From: Pseudomonadales bacterium
GTDB lineage: Bacteria > Pseudomonadota > Gammaproteobacteria > Pseudomonadales > Halieaceae
NCBI GenBank assembly: GCA_024234855.1
Contig: JACKNN010000006.1
Coordinates: 54,708-118,707 of the forward strand
Direction: 5' to 3'
DNA: 64,000 nt
Positions 57,889-64,000 of this stretch are shown in pieces. Made by a program: the position numbers and the translations under genes. The notes beneath the pieces were generated by a model. That model searched no databases. It worked only from the letters and a program-made list of their open reading frames with translations, and was not told the origin of the DNA. Position 1 is the stretch's first letter; every line of letters begins with the position of its first letter.

Positions 57889-59220
57889 TCAACCGGCGCT
57901 TGGCACGCCGCGCAGGGAGTTGGGCAGGGCCTCCAGGATATCGACATGGACAAACTGGCCCACCAGGGCCGCATCCGTCGCGGAAAAATTCACCACCCGG
58001 TTGTTTTCGGTGCGGCCCTGTAACTGCCCCGGATCCTTTTTTGATACGCCTGTCACGAGAATTCTCTCCCGTTTTCCCACCATGCGCCGGCTGATCAGCT
58101 GGGCCTGCTGGATGAGGCGGTTTTGCAGGATTTGCAGGCGCTGCTTCTTGGTCTGCTCATCGGTAGCGTCGGGCAGTTCCGCCGCGGGTGTGCCCGGACG
58201 GGCGCTGTAGACAAAGCTGAAGGAACTGTCGAAGCCGATTTCCTCGACCAGTTTCATGGTGGCGGCAAAGTCCGCCTCGGTCTCACCCGGGAAGCCGATG
58301 ATGAAATCCGAGGAGATGCTGATATCGGGGCGCAATTTGCGCAGGCGGCGGATCTTCGACTTGTATTCGAGAACCGTATGACCTCGCTTCATCGCCATCA
58401 GGATGCGGTCTGAGCCACTCTGGACCGGCAGGTGCAGGTGGTCCACCAGTTGCGGGATGTCCGCGTAGGCCGCTATCAGGGCATCGGAGAATTCCACCGG
58501 GTGCGATGTGGTATAGCGAATACGCTCGATCCCGGGGATGCGGGCGACGACGTGCAGCAATTCGGCAAAGTCGACGGTTTCGCCCAGGTGATTGTCACCC
58601 CGGTAGGCGTTCACATTCTGGCCCAGCAGGTTGACTTCCCGGACGCCGCCGGCGGCCAGGTGGGCGATTTCCGCGATCACGTCGTCCAGTGGCCTGGAGA
58701 CTTCCTCGCCCCGGGTATAGGGCACCACGCAGAAGGTGCAGTACTTGCTGCAGCCCTCCATTACCGAGACGAAGGCGCTGGGGCCCTCCACTTTTGGCTC
58801 TGGCAGGCGGTCAAACTTTTCGATCTCGGGGAAGCTGACATCCACCACGATGGTGCCGCCGGGGCCGCGCTGCTCCATCATGTCCGGCAGGCGATGCAGG
58901 GTCTGGGGGCCAAATACCAGGTCTACGTAGGGTGCCCGACGGCCTATCTCGGCGCCTTCCTGGCTGGCCACGCAGCCGCCGACGCCGATCACGAGGTTGG
59001 GGTTTTTCTTCTTCAGTCGCTTCCAGCGCCCCAGCTGGTGGAACACCTTCTCCTGGGCTTTTTCCCTTATGGAACAGGTATTTAGCAGAAGTACGTCCGC
59101 CTCTTCCGGGTTGTCGGTGGGGACCAGGTCGTGGCTTTCGCGCAGCAGGTCGCGGATGCGCGAGGAGTCGTACTCGTTCATCTGGCAGCCGTGGGTCTTG
59201 ATGTAAAGTTTCTTGCTCAC
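57889..59220 (-). CDS. miaB: tRNA-i6A37 methylthiotransferase
   Basis: 443 aa. [12 protein letters not shown] (UPF0004 domain), radical-SAM CSKYCTFC, and a C-terminal TRAM domain. Confidence 0.95.
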   Translation of the reverse strand: MSKKLYIKTHGCQMNEYDSSRIRDLLRESHDLVPTDNPEEADVLLLNTCSIREKAQEKVFHQLGRWKRLKKKNPNLVIGVGGCVASQEGAEIGRRAPYVDLVFGPQTLHRLPDMMEQRGPGGTIVVDVSFPEIEKFDRLPEPKVEGPSAFVSVMEGCSKYCTFCVVPYTRGEEVSRPLDDVIAEIAHLAAGGVREVNLLGQNVNAYRGDNHLGETVDFAELLHVVARIPGIERIRYTTSHPVEFSDALIAAYADIPQLVDHLHLPVQSGSDRILMAMKRGHTVLEYKSKIRRLRKLRPDISISSDFIIGFPGETEADFAATMKLVEEIGFDSSFSFVYSARPGTPAAELPDATDEQTKKQRLQILQNRLIQQAQLISRRMVGKRERILVTGVSKKDPGQLQGRTENNRVVNFSATDAALVGQFVHVDILEALPNSLRGVPSAG

Positions 59221-59431
59221 CGGGCCTCTGCGGCGAACTGGCCGCCGGTTGTCGATCCATACTCGAAGGGGTGCGAATTATACAGACGAACATCGTCGAA
59301 ACCCACCCCGGCTGGTATTCTCCGTGGAGGGTGGTAATATTGCCGCCCCCAGAAAACAGGTGGTTGCTGCGAGACCGCCGAGCCGGTGGCCAGCACAGTA
59401 TCCCGGGGTCAAGCCGCCGAATGAGGAAAGC

Positions 59432-59776
59432 ATGGCAAGCCAGCCCGTCTACAAGGTGATTTTCCAGAACGGCAGCCAGGTGTTCGAGGTGTTCGCCCGG
59501 CAAATCTACCAGAGTGATATGTGGGGCTTTATCGAGGTCGAGGAGTTTGTCTTCGGCGAGCGCTCCAGGATCGTGGTCGATCCCGGCGAGGAAAAGCTCA
59601 AGAACGAGTTCAGCGGCGTCAAGCGCAGCTATATCCCGCTGCAGGCCATCATCCGCATCGACGAGGTCGACAAGGAGGGCAGTGGCAAGGTGTCTGATAC
59701 GCCGCCGGTCAGTGGCAATGTCGCCAGTTTCCCCTTTGCCGGTGTTACCCCCGGGCAGCGCGGTAGCGAGGAGTAG
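59432..59776 (+). CDS. DUF1820-family protein
   Basis: YKVIFQNGSQVFEVFARQIYQSDMWGFIEVEEFVFGERS...SYIPLQAIIRIDEV is the conserved pattern found divergent from miaB in many gammaproteobacteria. The start is ATG 59432. Confidence 0.7.
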   Translation: MASQPVYKVIFQNGSQVFEVFARQIYQSDMWGFIEVEEFVFGERSRIVVDPGEEKLKNEFSGVKRSYIPLQAIIRIDEVDKEGSGKVSDTPPVSGNVASFPFAGVTPGQRGSEE

Positions 59777-59915
59777 TCGCTCCACCCGCGATCGCGATCA
59801 CCCTCTCCCCGTCCCGGGGCTGGCCGTGTCCCGCCCCTATTTCCAACCCCCTGTTTGCAGGGCCAACCCAAGCGGCTATGCTGGTAGCTTCACTACAGGG
59901 AGTCGGGAGCCGGGC

Positions 59916-60299
59916 ATGACAATCAACTGGTCAAATTGTACGCAATTGCTGCGGATATCACTGTCCATACTGTGCTGTTGTGCGTCGGCTATACCGGCCG
60001 CCATGGCCCAGCCGCCCGCCGACGCGGCCGCCGTCGAGCGCGGCGCCCGGTTGTTCCAGCAGCATTGCACCCAGTGCCACGGCGCAGACGGCCGCGCCGA
60101 GCTCGATGTCATCGCCGACGCCACCAACCTGACCCTGCCTGCGGATTACTACAGCGGCAGTACCGACCAGGATATCTACAACAGTATTGCCAACGGCGCG
60201 GGTGTGGCGATGCCGGCCTGGCGCCCGGTGGTCGGCAGCGATGAGGCGGTGTGGGACCTGGTCTATTACGTCAAGAGCCTGTGGGCCGAGCAACCCTGA
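59916..60299 (+). CDS. Monohaem c-type cytochrome (class I), secreted
   Basis: Signal peptide ending AMA-QPP, haem motif CTQCH, and a distal Met context GVAMPAW. 127 aa from ATG 59916. Confidence 0.8.
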   Translation: MTINWSNCTQLLRISLSILCCCASAIPAAMAQPPADAAAVERGARLFQQHCTQCHGADGRAELDVIADATNLTLPADYYSGSTDQDIYNSIANGAGVAMPAWRPVVGSDEAVWDLVYYVKSLWAEQP

Positions 60300-60334
60300 A
60301 CAAGGTTTGAATTTCCGAAGACAAGGAGAACACC

Positions 60335-62332
60335 ATGGACAAGCAGGACACCCGGCCCGATCAGGAGCAGGCTGAAACAGCAGGCGCCGCCAGCAACTCG
60401 CGCCGCGACTTTTTGCGCAAGTCGGCAGTGGGCGTGGGCGCGGCGGTAGCCGCCGGTGCCAGTACCAGCGCCTTCACCGCGGACCAGGTCAATATTGCCA
60501 ACGTGACCATCCCGTCGATACGGATACCCGCCGACTTCATGGCCTCGCTGGAGGAAGCGCCGGACCCCGGCAAATTCGAAGGCAGGGGCATGAGCGGGGC
60601 GGAGGTGTTCGCCCAGGTTTGCGTAAAGGAGGAACTGGCCGCCCTGTTTTGCTGCCCCGGCAATTACACCGTGATCAACGCCCTGGCGGCGGCGGGTATC
60701 CCCGCCTACGGCGGCCGCATGGAGGGCTCCATGTGCGCCATGGCGGATGGCTTTTCCCGCGCCACCGGCGAGGTGGTGGCCACCTCCGGCACCGAGGGCC
60801 CGGGTTTCACCAATATGATTATGAATATCGCCGCGGCCAGCGCCGCGCGCACCCCGCTGCTGGTACTGGCCAGCAATATGATGATCGCCGGTGATGACCG
60901 CGAGGCCTTTATCCAGACGGGTTACCAGCAGCCCCTCACCACAGGCATCAAGAAGTACGGCAAGCGGCTTATCGACCCCGCCCGGGTGCACGAGTACGGC
61001 GGCTACGCCTTCCGCGAGTTGAAGTCGGGCATCCCCGGCCCCGTGCACCTGGATTTTCCCGCCGAGGTGACACGGGCCCGCTTCAAGAGCCCCGAGGAGC
61101 TGAAGGATTACTACGACAAGAGCAAGTACCGCAGTACCTCCAGGCCCTACCCTGGCGCCGGCGAAATGGCCCAGGTGGTCAGGATGATCGACAAGGCCCA
61201 GCGGCCGCTCATCGTGGCGGGGCAGGGCGTGTTCCAGCGCAAGGGTTGGGATGCCCTGATGAAGGTCGCCGAGAAGGGCGATATAGCGGTTGCCACCTCC
61301 GGCCCCACCCGGGGCGCCTTTCCGGATGATCACCGCCTGTGCGTCATGGCGGCGCCGGACGCCCTGCTCAGCGCCGACCTGGTGATATTTATCGGCCAGT
61401 ACTGCATGCCCAGCCCCGGCGAGTACCGCCTGAGTCCGGGCATCACGACCATCCGGGTACACCCCGACCAGACTGACCTGGGTCGCAACTGGCCTCTGGA
61501 CCTGGGTGTGGTCAGTGACGAGGCACTGTTCCTGGAGGCCCTGCAGGATGTGGTCAGGGGTAAGAAGCGCGGCGCCTGGGTGGACGAGATCGCCAGGGCG
61601 AAGAAAGCCTACCAGCAGCATATCGACGAGACCTACCAACTGGGCCTTGAGTACAGCAAGAAAACCAACCACCTGCACCCGGCGGTGATCGGCCATGAAA
61701 CCCAGCACTTTATCGATAACGGCACCGACGACCGGCTGGCGGTGGTGACCGGCGGCGGCGGCTGGACTATCGGCCTGTTTACCGGTCGCTACCTGCGTGC
61801 CCGGCGCCCGGGCCAGGTGATCGTGCCTGCCTACCAGTACGGCGCCATCGGCCCGGATATGTCGATGATGATGGGCGCCTGCACCGCGGTGCAGCGCGGC
61901 GTTGGCCCGCAAAAAGGCTATGAGGGCGCGCCCACGATCTGCGTGACCAGTGACGCCGGAGTCGCCTATAGCATGTTCGAACTGGATACCGCGGCGAAGT
62001 ACGGACTGCCGACCATCACCATTGTCTACAACAACAACGCCTGGGGGGTGTGGACCAATGCGGCCCGCTCCGCCCGCTCCCTGCAGATGTACCTGTTCCA
62101 GGAAAACCTGCGCTACGACCAGATGGCCCAGGGCCTCGGCGCGAACGGGGAGTACGTGCGCACGGTGGAGGAATTCCGGGCGGCGCTCGCGCGGGCCTGG
62201 AAGCTGGCCCGCGACCAGAAAGTCTCCAGCCTGATCAATTGCCAGGCCCTGAAGGAATTCACCTCGCCGCGGGATTACCCGCCGGGTGTCTCCCTCAATG
62301 CCGAGCCCGGCGTGGGCGCCGTAGCCCACTGA
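60335..62332 (+). CDS. Thiamine-diphosphate-dependent enzyme (acetolactate-synthase/POX superfamily) with twin-arginine signal peptide
   Basis: N-terminus SRRDFLRKSAVGVGAAVAAGASTSAFTA is a textbook Tat motif (S-R-R-x-F-L-K plus h-region plus AxA-like site). PYR domain (EGSMCAMADGFSRATGEVVATSGTEGPGFTN). PP domain with the ThDP motif SDAG...(N24)...NNNAWG. Confidence 0.8.
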   Translation: MDKQDTRPDQEQAETAGAASNSRRDFLRKSAVGVGAAVAAGASTSAFTADQVNIANVTIPSIRIPADFMASLEEAPDPGKFEGRGMSGAEVFAQVCVKEELAALFCCPGNYTVINALAAAGIPAYGGRMEGSMCAMADGFSRATGEVVATSGTEGPGFTNMIMNIAAASAARTPLLVLASNMMIAGDDREAFIQTGYQQPLTTGIKKYGKRLIDPARVHEYGGYAFRELKSGIPGPVHLDFPAEVTRARFKSPEELKDYYDKSKYRSTSRPYPGAGEMAQVVRMIDKAQRPLIVAGQGVFQRKGWDALMKVAEKGDIAVATSGPTRGAFPDDHRLCVMAAPDALLSADLVIFIGQYCMPSPGEYRLSPGITTIRVHPDQTDLGRNWPLDLGVVSDEALFLEALQDVVRGKKRGAWVDEIARAKKAYQQHIDETYQLGLEYSKKTNHLHPAVIGHETQHFIDNGTDDRLAVVTGGGGWTIGLFTGRYLRARRPGQVIVPAYQYGAIGPDMSMMMGACTAVQRGVGPQKGYEGAPTICVTSDAGVAYSMFELDTAAKYGLPTITIVYNNNAWGVWTNAARSARSLQMYLFQENLRYDQMAQGLGANGEYVRTVEEFRAALARAWKLARDQKVSSLINCQALKEFTSPRDYPPGVSLNAEPGVGAVAH

Positions 62333-62814
62333 TGGAGGCTGCGGGCCGGATCGGTGATGTGCTGGAATACTATGCCGGTCGAGGGGTGTTCAGCGGTTTC
62401 AGCCGGCGGGCGCAGCGTGCTTCAGGCGCCGAATTCCGGCTGCGCTGGCACCGCGAGCAGGTGTTCCGGTGGGTGTGGAACGAGGCGAAGCAGACCCTGC
62501 GCATCAGCTGCGTACTGCCGGCGGTACCGGCGCGTTCAGCCATGTACCGGGACTTCAGGGCCTGGCTGGTGGCGCGGCAGGACGATGCGCTGCCGCCGCA
62601 CCGGCGCTGCGACCGCGCCAAGGTCGCCCTGAAGACCCACAACCGCGGCGGCGATGTCGCGCTCACCCTGCAGGTGCTGGACGGGGACGTGGATTACGCG
62701 GCGAACAAGCTGGTGAGCCTGGTCAATGAAATTTACCTGGACTTCCTCTCCAGCGGCCTCTACTTCGAGTGGCTGATAGAAACGTTCGATCTGGACCCGG
62801 ACAACCCCTACTGA
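62332..62814 (+). CDS. Hypothetical cytoplasmic protein, translationally coupled to the Tat-ThDP enzyme gene
   Basis: 160 aa from ATG 62332, overlapping the upstream TGA (ATGA). No signal peptide and no recognisable motif. Confidence 0.55.
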   Translation: MEAAGRIGDVLEYYAGRGVFSGFSRRAQRASGAEFRLRWHREQVFRWVWNEAKQTLRISCVLPAVPARSAMYRDFRAWLVARQDDALPPHRRCDRAKVALKTHNRGGDVALTLQVLDGDVDYAANKLVSLVNEIYLDFLSSGLYFEWLIETFDLDPDNPY

Positions 62815-62832
62815 GTGAGCTGGCCCGCCCGT

Positions 62833-63990
62833 TCAGCCCGATTGTTGCTGCAGTTTCTGTCGTACCGTCGCCAGCCGCACACACACCACGAAAGCCGCCA
62901 CGGTGTCCTTGACCGCCTGCTCGGTGGCGAAGGTGGGTGACAGGCGGATATTGCTGTCCAGGGGATCCAGGCCATAGGGGAAGGTCGCGCCCGCCGGGGT
63001 CAGCTTGACGCCGATGGCCCCCGCCAGTCGCACCACCTCGCGGCCCAGTCCGGGCAGGGTGTCGAACGAGATAAAATACCCGCCGCGGGGCCTGGTCCAG
63101 CTGCCCATGCCGGTGCCGGCCAGTTCGCTCTCCAGGGTATCCAGCACGCTCTCGAAACGGGGACGTATCAGGGCCGCGTGCTTCGCCATATGTGCGGACA
63201 GCTTGTCCATATCCCGCAGGAAGCGCACGTGGCGCAGCTGGTTTACCTTGTCCGGGCCTATGGTCTGGTAACTCAGGTGTTTGCTCAGCGCCGCCAGGTT
63301 GCCGGGGCTGCTGGCCAGGAATGCCACCCCCGCGCTGGCAAACGTAATTTTCGAGGTGGAGCCGAACTGGAACACCTGGTCCAGGGTGCCCCTGGCCCGA
63401 CAGTGGTCGGCGATGGAGGCCAGCGCCGGTGCGTCGTCGTAGAGTGTGTGCACGGCGTAGGCGTTGTCCCACATCACCAGGAAGTTCGCGCCGGCGAGCC
63501 CCGGCAGCGCTGCGATGCGCGCCACGGTGTCGTCGCTGTAGACACAGCCGGTGGGGTTGGAAAAGCGCGGCACGCACCACATACCCTTGATCGACTCGTC
63601 CCGCTTCACCAGCGCTTCCACCGCGTCCATGTCGGGTCCGGTGTCGAGCATGGGCACCGTGACCATCTCGATACCCAGGTGCTCGCACACGGAAAAATGC
63701 CGGTCGTAGCCCGGTACCGGGCAAATGAATTTGACGGTATCGTTGTTGCCCCAGGCCGATTCGGGCCCCTGCAGGCCCTCGCTCAGGGCAAACTCCACCA
63801 CCTGGTACATCAGGGTCAGGCTGGAATTGCCGCCCACCATGATTTCCCCGGCGGGCAGGCCCAGCAGCTCCCCGAACAGTGCCCTGGCTTCCGGCAGGCC
63901 GTCCAGGCCGCCGTAATTGCGGGTGTCGGTGCCGTCCTGGGCGCGGTAATTACCCTGCAGGATACCGTCGAGGCCATCGGCCAGCGCCAC
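62833..63990 (-). CDS. PLP-dependent aminotransferase (class I/II fold), 5' end probably outside the window
   Basis: GGNSSLTLMY, YDRHF, WDNAYAVH and STSKITFASAGVAF (Lys in SxSK) fit an aspartate-aminotransferase-fold enzyme. The reading frame stays open to the window edge. Confidence 0.75.
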   Translation of the reverse strand: MALADGLDGILQGNYRAQDGTDTRNYGGLDGLPEARALFGELLGLPAGEIMVGGNSSLTLMYQVVEFALSEGLQGPESAWGNNDTVKFICPVPGYDRHFSVCEHLGIEMVTVPMLDTGPDMDAVEALVKRDESIKGMWCVPRFSNPTGCVYSDDTVARIAALPGLAGANFLVMWDNAYAVHTLYDDAPALASIADHCRARGTLDQVFQFGSTSKITFASAGVAFLASSPGNLAALSKHLSYQTIGPDKVNQLRHVRFLRDMDKLSAHMAKHAALIRPRFESVLDTLESELAGTGMGSWTRPRGGYFISFDTLPGLGREVVRLAGAIGVKLTPAGATFPYGLDPLDSNIRLSPTFATEQAVKDTVAAFVVCVRLATVRQKLQQQSG

Positions 63991-64000
63991 CTGCTCGGTG

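Noticed and set aside
60266-62329. 687-aa ORF on the minus strand
   Set aside because: It is antisense to the ThDP enzyme gene. It is low-complexity and Gly/Ala/Arg/His-rich, whereas the plus-strand frame carries ThDP-family motifs and a Tat signal.

Overview
High-G+C gammaproteobacterial chromosome segment. Gene order matches Pseudomonas (acs, panCB, folK, pcnB, sRNA, cbrBA, gluQ, dksA). The organism may be a marine Cellvibrionales or Microbulbifer-type bacterium, but that is a guess. All gene identities come from reading the ORF translations for family motifs, because no database search was possible.

Most of the window is housekeeping:
- acs, panC, panB, a deoxynucleoside kinase, folK and pcnB.
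- The CbrA/CbrB two-component system, with a CrcZ-like sigma54-dependent A-rich sRNA between cbrB and pcnB, and a 58-codon cbrX-like ORF overlapping the cbrA start. The ORF track missed this ORF.
- gluQ, dksA, sfsA, ppa, a Xanthomonas-type (probably PPi-dependent) pfk, and a translationally coupled mpl-RND exporter-YkgJ-LON_N string.
- rnt, pyrC, argG, holA-lptE-leuS and lnt-corC-ybeY-ybeZ-miaB.

The accessory core lies at about 29.6-47.6 kb. It is the SOS mutasome imuA / imuB / dnaE2, which is normally one operon. Here it is split into three pieces, and each piece has its own near-consensus LexA box.

Between imuB and dnaE2 sits a chromosomal integron at 32.8-40.4 kb. It contains:
- A decayed intI and an attI region.
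- About 10-12 plus-strand cassettes bounded by attC sites with RYYYAAC...GTTRRRY ends.
- A BrnT/BrnA module and a ParE/RelE remnant.
- Two divergent paralogous membrane-protein cassettes and several orphan cassettes.
- An apparently intact IS911-like IS3 element with an AGT target duplication.

A 3.5 kb block of small redox/detox genes follows the array.

Near the right end, a twin-arginine (Tat) signal ThDP enzyme lies next to a monohaem cytochrome c and is translationally coupled to an unknown 160-aa protein.

Many long antisense ORFs in the track are GC-driven shadow ORFs and were rejected.
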